Shown: positions 48,972 to 58,024 of the stretch, piece after piece
Layout: each line of letters starts with the position of its first letter
Numbering within the stretch: the stretch's first letter is position 1
From: an uncultured cyanobacterium
GTDB taxonomy: Bacteria > Cyanobacteriota > Cyanobacteriia > Phormidesmidales > Phormidesmidaceae
Direction of reading: 5' to 3'
NCBI GenBank assembly: GCA_963793265.1
Contig: CAWBZI010000001.1
Location: forward strand, 1,728,001 to 1,792,000
Length of the DNA stretch: 64,000 nt
Translations under genes and position numbers: made by a program
Notes under the pieces: generated by a model
Database searches by the model: none
Told to the model about the DNA's origin: nothing
The model's input: only the letters and a program-made list of their open reading frames with translations

Positions 48972-49853
48972 ATGAGCCAGGCAACCCGTTTAAACTCAAA
49001 CAAAATAGCCGTCGTTTTCGACTTCGACGAAACGCTAACGCCCGAAGATAGCTTTCAATCACTGCTGCGATACCTCAAGCTAGATACTGACGCCTTCGAG
49101 GCCGAGCGCATTCAGCCGCTGCTAGACCAAGGTTGGGAGAAGTATTTGGCAAGAGCCTACTGCCTGGTTGAAGAATCTCGTCAGCGAAATGACAAGATTA
49201 CAAAAGAAAGCCTCGCAAAAGTAGGCAATGAAATACCTTTGTATCCAGGAACACAAGACCTTTTTAAGCGACTGGAAGCGGCTATTAAAGAGATTTCTCC
49301 TAAAGTTGAGCTAGAGTTTTATTTAATTTCAGGTGGGTTTGTTGACATCGCCAAAAATACGAGTATCGCCAAAGACTTTAAGCGGATGTGGGGCTGCGAG
49401 TTTCAATATGGCGAAGCCGATAGCAGCGAAGCCGGAGAAATTAAGTTTATCAAGCGGCAGATGACGCACGTAGAGAAAACGCGATACCTGTACTACATCT
49501 CTAAGGGCATTGACGGCGAAAATAGCAAAGATATTGTATACGGCTACGAAGAAGTAGCGGCTGAAGACATTTATGTTCCACTTGACCAGGTTGTTTATGT
49601 AGGTGACGGTGCTTCTGATGTTCCCTGCTTTGCCGTGATGAAGCAATACAACGGAATTTCGCTCGGAATTTATGAAGAAAGCGCTTCAGCCGAAGAATGG
49701 GAGTATTTAGAATCTGTTGGCCAAAGTCAGCGGCTTTCTAATCTGGTGCCGCCTGGTTATGAAGAGGGTTCTGAGCTGATGCGATCGCTTCTGCTAAGTG
49801 TAGAAAGCATCGCAAAACGAATTGCCCTACGACAAATGAGTCGCGGAGAATAA
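48972..49853 (+). CDS. HAD-like hydrolase
   Basis: VFDFDETL, ISGG, YVGDGASDVPCF. Confidence 0.88.
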   Translation: MSQATRLNSNKIAVVFDFDETLTPEDSFQSLLRYLKLDTDAFEAERIQPLLDQGWEKYLARAYCLVEESRQRNDKITKESLAKVGNEIPLYPGTQDLFKRLEAAIKEISPKVELEFYLISGGFVDIAKNTSIAKDFKRMWGCEFQYGEADSSEAGEIKFIKRQMTHVEKTRYLYYISKGIDGENSKDIVYGYEEVAAEDIYVPLDQVVYVGDGASDVPCFAVMKQYNGISLGIYEESASAEEWEYLESVGQSQRLSNLVPPGYEEGSELMRSLLLSVESIAKRIALRQMSRGE

Positions 49854-50046
49854 CCGCTTCTTCTTTATAATAAAAAGAGCACACGCAGCCAGGTAGAGCA
49901 CCATCATGGCAGCAACCACTGCAACCACTTTTAGCGCGACAGCCTCGGCAGAGGATTTGTACGATAGCTTGTTGCGTAGGCTAAAAGCACGTCCAAACCT
50001 ACGCATAGGTCTAGTATTGGCAGACATGCTGCCCTTAGAATGCAGC

Positions 50047-50873
50047 ATGAACACAGCCGAACAGCTCGCACAAATCGACCGCCTAAAAGCCTGGTTAGAC
50101 AGCTTTCGCCCTCTACCAGCGGACGTGCTGTTAGAACTAAAGCAGCGTTATGACGTTCGGCTCACCTACACGTCTAATGCGATTGAGGGCAATACGCTCA
50201 CGCAAAGCGAGACTGAACTGGTTTTGGCTAAGGGTATTACGGTGGGTGGTAAAACGCTGGCTGAACACTTAGAAGTGATTGGCCATAAAGAGGCGATTGA
50301 CTATATCGAGACGCTGAGTAAGGCAGAGACGCTATTGGCGAATGGGAGATTCGACAGATCCATAGTCTTATTGTTAGAAAGATTGCACCGATTGAGGCAG
50401 GGCGATATCGACAGCTAGACGTGAAGGCTGCGGGCTCGAATCATGTTTATCCGCCTCATTACCTGCTGCCAGAGCTGATGAGTGAGTTTGTTGAGTGGCT
50501 GAGAGCTTTGCACTTAGAGCAGCATCCGGTTGCATATGCTAGCGAGGCGCACTATCGCTTTGTTGCGATTCATCCTTTTGCAGATGGCAACGGTCGCACC
50601 GGGCGGTTACTGATGAATTTGTTGCTGTTGAGAGCGGGCTTTCCGATTGCGATTATCTCGAATGAGCAGCGGCAGGCGTATATTGAAGCGTTGATGGAAG
50701 GGCAGCGATCGCCCCAAAATCTAACCTCACTTCTTACCCTAATCTGCGCAGCCACACGCGAATCACTGATCGAAACGCTCTCTATCTTAGCGAGTGCTGG
50801 CAGTAGCAAAGGTAAGGGAAAGCCCTTTTATCAGGAAGTTGTTGCCTTTTTATCAACGGTGGATAGTGAGTAG
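50047..50873 (+). pseudogene. Fic-family protein, frameshifted near 50331
   Basis: TSNAIEGNTL in frame 1; IGEWEIRQIHSL...HPFADGNGRTGR continues in another frame. Confidence 0.88.
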
Positions 50874-50922
50874 AAGGCATGATTCCATCTCTAGGCAATT
50901 GTGAGGATTCCTTGTCAAATAA

Positions 50923-50951
50923 TTGACACCGCCTGAAGAGAGCGATACGCT
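50923..50951 (+). promoter_or_regulatory. Sigma70-type promoter
   Basis: TTGACA-17 nt-TACGCT. Confidence 0.6.
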
Positions 50952-51015
50952 AATTTGCATAGCTGTTGTAAGCCTGGCGAAATCAAAGCGTCAGTAAGTA
51001 GCAGCTTATGCCCCG

Positions 51016-51100
51016 AAAAATTAAGCCGCTGACGACGATTGCGCAAACAATCGCCGCCAGCTCGCCCACAAGACCGATCACGAACCGGTCAGAGGGTTGT
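51016..51100 (-). ncRNA. Candidate ~85-nt antisense small RNA
   Basis: Minus-strand TGG-CATAAT (51106-51114); 14-bp stem 51028-51061 whose two mismatches become G-U on the - strand, followed by a U run. Confidence 0.4.
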
Positions 51101-51192
51101 GGCTGATTATGCCACAGCCACCCTGACTTATGGCAAGTTGCGGGTGGTTTTCTTTTTCGTGGGCTTTCTTCCACCCCTCATCGGAGAAACCC

Positions 51193-51519
51193 ATGAACCC
51201 CTCAAATCTTTTGACTGGCCTGCCTTCTACAGGTCAGCCACCCTCACCCATGCCTAAAAATCCTGTCCCTATTCAGAAAACCATTTCCGCCAACCTCCGC
51301 CCCCTCCCCGCCCTCAATCCCTCTGGCACCCCGCGCAAAAAGTCCATTCGCCATATCCTGCTAGGCGAGCCCGACGCCATCCGCCAAACCATTCACCTGC
51401 TGCATACGCTGCACTACGCTGAAACGGTGCTGTGGACGCCAGTGCTGATGATTGAGGAGCCGTTGGTGATTACGCCTGCGCAGGGGGAGGCGATGAGTTT
51501 GTTGCGTAAGATTTTGTAG
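51193..51519 (+). CDS. Cyanobacterial hypothetical protein with Pro-rich N-terminus
   Basis: GGAG RBS; RHILLG.P.AIRQTIHLLHTLHYAE..W.P...GEAMSLL. Confidence 0.7.
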   Translation: MNPSNLLTGLPSTGQPPSPMPKNPVPIQKTISANLRPLPALNPSGTPRKKSIRHILLGEPDAIRQTIHLLHTLHYAETVLWTPVLMIEEPLVITPAQGEAMSLLRKIL

Positions 51520-51529
51520 AAAAGCTTTG

Positions 51530-51569
51530 AGTGTTTGCAACTAATAGAGAAGTATTAGTTGCAAACACT
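51530..51569. repeat. Perfect 17-bp inverted repeat
   Basis: AGTGTTTGCAACTAATA-GAGAAG-TATTAGTTGCAAACACT. Confidence 0.85.
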
Positions 51570-51748
51570 GCTTCATTCATAACAAACACTTTAAGGTTAC
51601 TTGCAAACGTTCAAGCAAAACTTATGAGTGGAAGAATGTTAGCTGCTAACGCATTTCTGTTTATAGCAAACGCTTTAAGGTTGCTTGTAAGTGCTTAAGG
51701 GGATCTTATGAGTGGGGGAGGCGTTGGTGCGATCGCTTACTACTCAAC

Positions 51749-52159
51749 TTACGGAACAACCGTAAAAGCCTGCTTACCGTTAATACGATAGACATAGAAA
51801 TCGCTATCTAACGTAAAGATACGCTGCATATTCAAAGTTTCAGCAGCCACTACTAGGGAAGCATCTGCCAAATCCATTGGCACATCCCGATACTGTTCCA
51901 TCAGAATCCTCATCCGCCTGCATTCCTCAACGTCTAAATCATAGATAACCAACGTACCTATCTCCCATAGCTACCACAAAGACCGCTGCCCAGCCCAACC
52001 ACATAGCTTTCCTAAAAAGTACATGGCTTCTGCCCAACAGGGCCAAGTAGTCAGCATAGGCCCTTTCAACTGCGCAGTCACCTCTAAACACCGCAGATGC
52101 TCGTTTGTTTGATTTTCATCAATGAGCGCAATTAGTGGGCCAGCATCCACTAAGTTCAC
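51749..52159 (-). pseudogene. PIN/VapC toxin with in-frame TAG at 51971-51973
   Basis: LVDAGPLIAL...W*LWEIG...PMDLADASLVVAAE..IFTLDSDF, all in one frame. Confidence 0.85.
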
Positions 52160-52527
52160 GGTAAACGAATGCCTTGTTTATCAAACTTCTCAGCTAACGC
52201 ATCGCCATAAGGATCAGCCTTCTGACTGGTTTGGCGATTTTCAGCACCACTATTTACCGTTCCAACAAGACCCGATAACAGTTCAGACAAAGGCTTCTGC
52301 TGAATCTCGCTAGTAGGTGTAATGAATTTACTACTTTTAGATGGCCTAGCATCACTATCGCTCGACTCTACCGAATCATGATGAGACTCAGAAGAGAGCT
52401 TAGGCGCATCAACAGTAGCCGCAAGCCTAGCGGCAATCCAATCATCTGGGCTTATGCCTTTTGCTTGAGCTTCTTCTATCAGGCTTTGATACGTGCTTTC
52501 AGAGAGGGTAATGGTATGTTCGGCCAT
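52156..52527 (-). CDS. Putative antitoxin
   Basis: ITLSESTYQSL.EEA.AKGISPD.WI; overlaps the PIN start by 4 nt. Confidence 0.7.
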   Translation of the reverse strand: MAEHTITLSESTYQSLIEEAQAKGISPDDWIAARLAATVDAPKLSSESHHDSVESSDSDARPSKSSKFITPTSEIQQKPLSELLSGLVGTVNSGAENRQTSQKADPYGDALAEKFDKQGIRLP

Positions 52528-52553
52528 GGTGTGAACTTATTCATTTATAGGCT

Positions 52554-52763
52554 CTATGATACACGGCCTACAGATATTTGATAGTTAGGGCTTAGCTGAA
52601 ACGTCTGTGTCCATAGCGGCGAAGTGGTCAAACTATGTGTCGATAGATAGCCTTGCACCTCTCCTTGCTTTGCCATCTCAAGCTGAGAAAATGCTGCAAG
52701 GTGATTACTATGCGCGGACAGCAAAGCAGGTACCAATACAGAAGTATCGTACAAAACTTTCAC
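52554..52763 (-). pseudogene. Truncated PIN-domain toxin
   Basis: MKVLYDTSVLV.AL...H...LSTHSL then diverges; only 69 aa. Confidence 0.7.
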
Positions 52764-53029
52764 GGATTCATCTTGCTAATCTGGCTTTGAATCCTTTCTT
52801 CTCTCATTTCTTTAATAAATTCAGTTGTATCAAATCCATCTAATCGTCCAGTTTCAACAACCAAAATACCATTTTTCAGATGCAACCTTTCAGATGCAGG
52901 CTCCTCTACCGCTGGCTCTGCCAATGCATCCGACTTGTGCTTTAGCTTTCTTAGAGTCTCTAAAAGCACTGAAACGACCTCATCTGGCGAAGCCTGAATC
53001 GCCTTCATCAGTTCTCCCTTAGGAGTCAT
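52760..53029 (-). CDS. Putative antitoxin
   Basis: L.LKNGILVV...IKEMREERI; overlaps the PIN start. Confidence 0.65.
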   Translation of the reverse strand: MTPKGELMKAIQASPDEVVSVLLETLRKLKHKSDALAEPAVEEPASERLHLKNGILVVETGRLDGFDTTEFIKEMREERIQSQISKMNP

Positions 53030-53101
53030 AACGTATCCTATTCAAAGAGTCATCACCATTATTCTATTCTACGGCGCAGCGCTAGAGACTCGTGACTACC
53101 G

Positions 53102-53140
53102 GATGATATAGCTTCATATGATGGCATATGCGCTATCATC
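53102..53140 (+). promoter_or_regulatory. Palindromic operator candidate upstream of the PIN TA operon
   Basis: GATGATATAGC-TT-CATATG-ATGG-CATATG-C-GCTATCATC. Confidence 0.45.
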
Positions 53141-53145
53141 TTCTC

Positions 53146-53571
53146 ATGTCAAACAAAATTGTCATTGACACTAGCGTATTCATCAGTGCGCTCATCGGCC
53201 CTACTAGCCCCAGTCGAGCCTTGATCCGCCATTGCCTGAGGGGTAACTACCAACCCCTAATGGGAAATGCCTTATTTTGCGAATACGAAGCAGTATCAAA
53301 AAGACAACGGATTATAGACCAGTGTCCACTGACTAAACTCGAAATCGAAACTTTGCTTCAAGCCTTTATGAGCATTAGCAAATGGACTTTTATTTACTAC
53401 ACATGGAGGCCCAACCTTAAAGATGAAGCCGATAATCACCTTATAGAACTCGCTGTTGCAGGCAATGCTTCTATCATCGCAACGAACAATATTAAAGACT
53501 TCAGAAATGCTGAACTCCTTTTTCCAGCGCTGACCATAGAAAAACCAGAAGAGATTTTGAGGAAACTATAA
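53146..53571 (+). CDS. PIN-family putative toxin
   Basis: IVIDTSVFISAL, EYE, RPNLKDEADNHLIELAVAG, TNNIKDF. Confidence 0.9.
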   Translation: MSNKIVIDTSVFISALIGPTSPSRALIRHCLRGNYQPLMGNALFCEYEAVSKRQRIIDQCPLTKLEIETLLQAFMSISKWTFIYYTWRPNLKDEADNHLIELAVAGNASIIATNNIKDFRNAELLFPALTIEKPEEILRKL

Positions 53572-53573
53572 TC

Positions 53574-53807
53574 ATGGCAACACTAACAATTCGCCTGCCT
53601 GACGACAAACATGAGAGACTTAAAGCCTTTGCCCAAAGTAGGGGACTTAGCGTAAATAAGCTGATGGAGGAGCTATCGACAATAGCACTAGCAGAGTACG
53701 ATGCGTTTACTCGATTCAAGGCAATGGCTGCGACAGGCGATGCTCAAGTGGGTCTACAGCTACTAGATAAGTTAGACGGGCTAACAAGTGCAGTAGATGA
53801 ACCATAG
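53574..53807 (+). CDS. Ribbon-helix-helix putative antitoxin
   Basis: MATLTIRLPDDKHERLK..A..RGLSVNKL. Confidence 0.85.
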   Translation: MATLTIRLPDDKHERLKAFAQSRGLSVNKLMEELSTIALAEYDAFTRFKAMAATGDAQVGLQLLDKLDGLTSAVDEP

Positions 53808-53814
53808 GGTGGTT

Positions 53815-54213
53815 TCACCAGATGACGGGTACGAGATTAGAGGCAGTGATGTTGCGATCGCACGTCAACAAAGCAACCTCTTCCCCACTATCTTGAATCA
53901 CAAGCGCCGTCGCCACTATCTGCCGATCATGCATTTCATTGATAGCAGATAGCTTCAGAGTCCGCGCTATCACAGCTTGGTTAAGAGGATACACTTCAAT
54001 TTTAGGATCACGGCTAACCGCCTCCCACAGAGAGGCTACAGAAGTGATATCCGTTTTCCCCTGGCCTACAATCCAAACAGCTTCAGCCAAAGCGATCGCC
54101 GGTAAAACAAGCTGACTTGCAGCATCAGAAAGCACTGCATCAGCAGCCTCACTCAGCTTAGGATTATCCTCTAAGAACCAAACCAAAATGTGAGTATCAA
54201 CAACATACTTCAC
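53815..54213 (-). CDS. PIN/VapC toxin
   Basis: YVVDTHILVWF, EMHDRQIVATA, LLTCD. Confidence 0.9.
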   Translation of the reverse strand: MKYVVDTHILVWFLEDNPKLSEAADAVLSDAASQLVLPAIALAEAVWIVGQGKTDITSVASLWEAVSRDPKIEVYPLNQAVIARTLKLSAINEMHDRQIVATALVIQDSGEEVALLTCDRNITASNLVPVIW

Positions 54214-54216
54214 TAC

Positions 54217-54477
54217 TTATGACCAATCGAGATTATCACCGCTATCTCCATAAAATTCTGCTGACTTAAAATCTTCTTCAGTCGATTTTCGACCGCCGCT
54301 AGATAGCATACCGCGATATATCTTACGCGGAGCATCGCTCACAGTCTCAGGTTCCAAATTATCAAGCGCTTGTTCTGACACAAAAGTCACCAGAACCTCA
54401 CCTTCAACTACATCTGAGGGCAGCTCTAAAAGCTCTACCTCACCATCGCGATAAACGCCTTTAACTGTTTGCATCAT
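54217..54477 (-). CDS. Putative antitoxin
   Basis: MQTVKGVYRDGEVELLE.P; GGAGG RBS; directly upstream of PIN. Confidence 0.8.
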   Translation of the reverse strand: MMQTVKGVYRDGEVELLELPSDVVEGEVLVTFVSEQALDNLEPETVSDAPRKIYRGMLSSGGRKSTEEDFKSAEFYGDSGDNLDWS

Positions 54478-54599
54478 AATAATTCGCCTCCTAGCTCAAT
54501 TCTACCTTGAGCAGCCGCTATCAGCGGTAAAACATGCAGCACCCTCACGGTAAGATACCTTTTGTACTCTTCGCTACCGAACGCTGAGGCAACTGAACT

Positions 54600-55139
54600 G
54601 TGCACGCTCTCCTCGCAATCGCCCGCAAAATCGACCGCTTCACTAACGCCGTCGGCAAGCTTGCCTACTGGATAGTGCTGGTGATGATCGGCGTTGGCGT
54701 ATGGAACGTATTAGGCCGATACATCGGCAACGCCATCGGCCAAAACCTCAGCTCAAACGCGCTGATAGAAACGCAGTGGTATCTATTTGATCTAGTGTTT
54801 TTGCTCGGAGCCGCCTACGCCTTACAGCATAACGAACACGTCCGCGTCGATGTGTTCTACGCCCGCTGGAATCGCCGCCGCAAAGCCATAGCCGATTTAT
54901 TTGGCACATTGTTCTTTCTCCTTCCGTTTTCAGTCCTTGTGATCTACTTTTCTTGGAGCGCCGTGGTGCAGTCTTGGGCCGTCCGTGAAACCTCTCCCGA
55001 TCCGGGCGGACTGGCCCGCTACCCGATTAAAACCATGATTCTCGTTAGCTTTGCGCTGCTAATACTGCAAGGTGTTTCAGATGCGATTAAGAACTTAGCC
55101 ATTATTAAAGGCGAATTGAATGTAGGAGAAGAGTCATGA
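54600..55139 (+). CDS. TRAP transporter small permease (DctQ)
   Basis: ETQWYLF..FLLGAAYAL..EHVRVD. Confidence 0.92.
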   Translation: MHALLAIARKIDRFTNAVGKLAYWIVLVMIGVGVWNVLGRYIGNAIGQNLSSNALIETQWYLFDLVFLLGAAYALQHNEHVRVDVFYARWNRRRKAIADLFGTLFFLLPFSVLVIYFSWSAVVQSWAVRETSPDPGGLARYPIKTMILVSFALLILQGVSDAIKNLAIIKGELNVGEES

Positions 55140-56467
55140 TTGCAGATTGGCTCGGCCCGGCGATGTTCGCAGGCGCGTTGGCACTACTCTCACTCGGCTA
55201 CCCGGTCGCGTTCTCTTTAGGCGGCGTGTCAATTCTCTTTGGCATTATTGGCATCGCGATGGGCGTTTTCGATCCGATTTTTCTCACGGCCATGCCACAG
55301 AGAATTTTCGGCATTATGAACAACTTTACGCTGCTGGCGATTCCCTACTTTATTTTTATGGGCGCAATGCTAGAGAAATCTGGGATTGCAGAAGATTTAC
55401 TCGAAACCATGGGCAGCTTGTTTGGTCGCATTCGCGGCGGGCTCGCGGTGGCTGTTGTTGTGGTGGGTGCACTGCTGGCGGCGACGACAGGGGTTGTGGC
55501 GGCGACGGTAGTGACCATGGGACTGATTTCGCTGCCGACGATGCTGCGCTATGGATACAACAAAGATTTAGCGAGTGGGGTGATTGCCGCTTCGGGGACG
55601 CTAGGGCAGATTATTCCGCCGAGTATTGTGCTGGTGGTGCTGGCCGATCAGCTAGGAATTTCTGTTGGAGATTTGTTTTTGGGCTCGGTAATTCCGGGAC
55701 TGATGATGGCAGGGGCTTTTGTGGTGCATGTGCTTGCGATCGCCTTCTTCCGCCCCGATCTAGCCCCCGCACTCCCCGCCGAACTCATCGACATCCGAGG
55801 CAAAACTCTTTTCCTCAAAGTCATTCAAGTAATGCTGCCGCCCTTAGCCCTGATCTTGCTAGTGCTTGGCAGCATTTTCTTTGGGGTAGCCACACCAACT
55901 GAGGCCGGTGCACTTGGGTGTTTTGGCGCGATGGTATTAGCGGCGATTAAAGGTCAGCTCAGGCTTGAAGGATTGCGGGATGTGTGCGATCGCACCCTCC
56001 GCACCACCAGCATGGTTATCTTCATCCTGCTTGGCTCTACCGCCTTCAGCCTAGTGTTTAGAGGGCTCAGAGGCGACAGATTCATCTTTAACGCCCTCAC
56101 AAATCTTCCCGGTGGTGAAATCGGCTTCCTGCTCGTCAGCATGATCACCATCTTCATCCTTGGCTTCTTCATCGACTTCTTCGAGATTGCCTTTATCGTC
56201 GTGCCGCTCTTCGCCCCCATCGCTCAGCAGATCGGCATCGACCTGGTTTGGTACGGCGTCATCATCGGCGCGAATATGCAAACCTCATTTCTCACGCCAC
56301 CGTTTGGCTTTGCCTTGTTCTACCTACGCGGCGTAGCCCCCAAAGAAATTACCACTGGCAACATCTATCGCGGCGTCATTCCTTTCATCGCACTGCAGCT
56401 ACTCGTACTGGTCGCGATCATCGCCTTCCCACCTTTGGTAAGCTGGCTTCCTTCAATCAGTCAGTAG
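55136..56467 (+). CDS. TRAP transporter large permease (DctM)
   Basis: LLAIPYFIFMG, GTLGQIIPPSI, FLTPPFG. Confidence 0.94.
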   Translation: MIADWLGPAMFAGALALLSLGYPVAFSLGGVSILFGIIGIAMGVFDPIFLTAMPQRIFGIMNNFTLLAIPYFIFMGAMLEKSGIAEDLLETMGSLFGRIRGGLAVAVVVVGALLAATTGVVAATVVTMGLISLPTMLRYGYNKDLASGVIAASGTLGQIIPPSIVLVVLADQLGISVGDLFLGSVIPGLMMAGAFVVHVLAIAFFRPDLAPALPAELIDIRGKTLFLKVIQVMLPPLALILLVLGSIFFGVATPTEAGALGCFGAMVLAAIKGQLRLEGLRDVCDRTLRTTSMVIFILLGSTAFSLVFRGLRGDRFIFNALTNLPGGEIGFLLVSMITIFILGFFIDFFEIAFIVVPLFAPIAQQIGIDLVWYGVIIGANMQTSFLTPPFGFALFYLRGVAPKEITTGNIYRGVIPFIALQLLVLVAIIAFPPLVSWLPSISQ

Positions 56468-56474
56468 GCTGGGT

Positions 56475-57203
56475 CTACCAAATCAACCGCAGGCCAATCA
56501 CGCCTAGTAGCGAAAGCACAATTCGCTTAAAGCTATCGGCATCAATCTTTTTAGAAAGCACAATGCCTAAGCCCATCCCAATTGCAAACATTGGCGTTGT
56601 GTACAGCGCAATTTCCCAAAGCTCAGGTGTGAGATGCCCTTCAAAAAAGTGACCAGTCAGCGCAAATGTGAGCGCCACGACATACACACCAGGCAAGTTT
56701 CCTTTAAATTCTTCTGGGCTCCATTGCTTAGAGTTCGCGTACATCACCAGCGGCGGGCCGCCCGCTGTAAAAGCGCCGGTCAGAAAGCCAGATATTCCAC
56801 CGAATAAGTAGGCCCACCTGGGAGAGGTGAGCGCTGGCATTGTGAAGGCAGGGGAGATCAGGCGCAGAATGTCGTAGGCCACGTACAGCACGATAAAGCT
56901 GCCGAGTATTTTTAGCGAAATATCTTCGGGGATGTAGTGCAGGCCGACTAGACCAATTGGAATGGAGACGAGCGCTGAGAGGACGAGGGGTAGGGTTGCT
57001 TTTAAGCTGAAATTATCGCGGTAGTAAATCCATAGCCCGATGCTGCTGAGCAGGCACATCATTAGCACTAGAGGGATTGCAAGGGAGAGATCTAAGAAGA
57101 AGGGGAGGATTGCGATCGCAACCAGCGCAAATCCAAACCCCGCCAAACTCTGCACCGCCGCTGCCAGGCCGATAATCCCAGCGATCCATATGATATTTTC
57201 CAA
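56475..57203 (-). CDS. Sulfite exporter TauE/SafE family protein
   Basis: GFGFAL, GFLTGAF.AGGPP; multi-TM. Confidence 0.88.
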   Translation of the reverse strand: MENIIWIAGIIGLAAAVQSLAGFGFALVAIAILPFFLDLSLAIPLVLMMCLLSSIGLWIYYRDNFSLKATLPLVLSALVSIPIGLVGLHYIPEDISLKILGSFIVLYVAYDILRLISPAFTMPALTSPRWAYLFGGISGFLTGAFTAGGPPLVMYANSKQWSPEEFKGNLPGVYVVALTFALTGHFFEGHLTPELWEIALYTTPMFAIGMGLGIVLSKKIDADSFKRIVLSLLGVIGLRLIW

Positions 57204-57447
57204 AAGTCCCTACCTGCGCCTGTTTGAGAATATGGCTGCTTAAGAATAAGAGTGGAACTTTAAGTAAAAAGTTACATTCGTTACAATATTAACTTATATG
57301 AACGCTATTCTCATCTTTAATTACAGCCGTCATCGCTAAATTCACGTGAGTAGCGGAATTCACCTTTTAGTTGTATATTCAACCGCATAGCTGATAGCGG
57401 CCTTATGCTCGGGCCGTAGGCTCAGTACTATCAAGGGTTTCGGCGGT

Positions 57448-57993
57448 ATGGTTCAGGCAGTCGGTAGCAGTACAAAAGCGCAGGCGATCGCGATCGCGCA
57501 GCAAATGTCACAAGAATGCGTTGCCCGGCGGCTGCGTCAGGTGAATCGCACCGTCACCCGGCTATACGACGAAGCACTGCGGCCCCACGGACTGACGGTG
57601 AATCAGCTCAATATTTTGGCCGTGATTATCAGCGAAAAGCAAATTCGCCCCGGTCAGCTCGGCCAGGCGCTCGGCATGGAAAAATCCACTATTAGCCGCA
57701 CCGTTGATCGGATGGTGGGCAAAGGATGGCTTAAGGTCAGCGCTGGAGAAGACAGCCGCACTCAGCTATTGGCGGTGACGGCAAAAGGCCATCAGCTATT
57801 GCTGAAGGTAACGCCCGTTTGGGATACCTTGCAGTCCGGCATTCTAAATACAGGCGACAACAACATTTTGAATATGCTCACGGTAGGCGCGATTGAACCT
57901 ACGGCAAAGCCAGCACAAGACTACACAGCCGCCGCTGCATACGAGCCTGCTTACGCCAGCGAACCTATCACCGCCGACGACTTCTATCTATAG
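57448..57993 (+). CDS. MarR family transcriptional regulator
   Basis: C..RRLRQ..R.VT.LYD.AL..HGLT..Q, MEKSTISR, DSR. Confidence 0.9.
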   Translation: MVQAVGSSTKAQAIAIAQQMSQECVARRLRQVNRTVTRLYDEALRPHGLTVNQLNILAVIISEKQIRPGQLGQALGMEKSTISRTVDRMVGKGWLKVSAGEDSRTQLLAVTAKGHQLLLKVTPVWDTLQSGILNTGDNNILNMLTVGAIEPTAKPAQDYTAAAAYEPAYASEPITADDFYL

Positions 57994-58024
57994 ATGAAGA
58001 GAGAATACTGTAGCGGAGGAAGTG

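Noticed and set aside
49906..50046. N-terminal extension of the Fic ORF
   Set aside because: Family-like sequence begins at ATG 50047; the upstream open frame shows no recognisable features
51530..51725. Possible CRISPR array
   Set aside because: Units are degenerate and contiguous with no unique spacers; no cas genes nearby
55147..55902. 251-aa alternative-frame ORF
   Set aside because: Lies wholly within dctM, has atypical Arg/Gly-rich composition and no motifs
57271..57287. HLR1 (RpaB) or NtcA site
   Set aside because: GTTACA direct repeat has a 9-bp rather than 10-bp period, and GTT-N8-TAC deviates from the NtcA consensus
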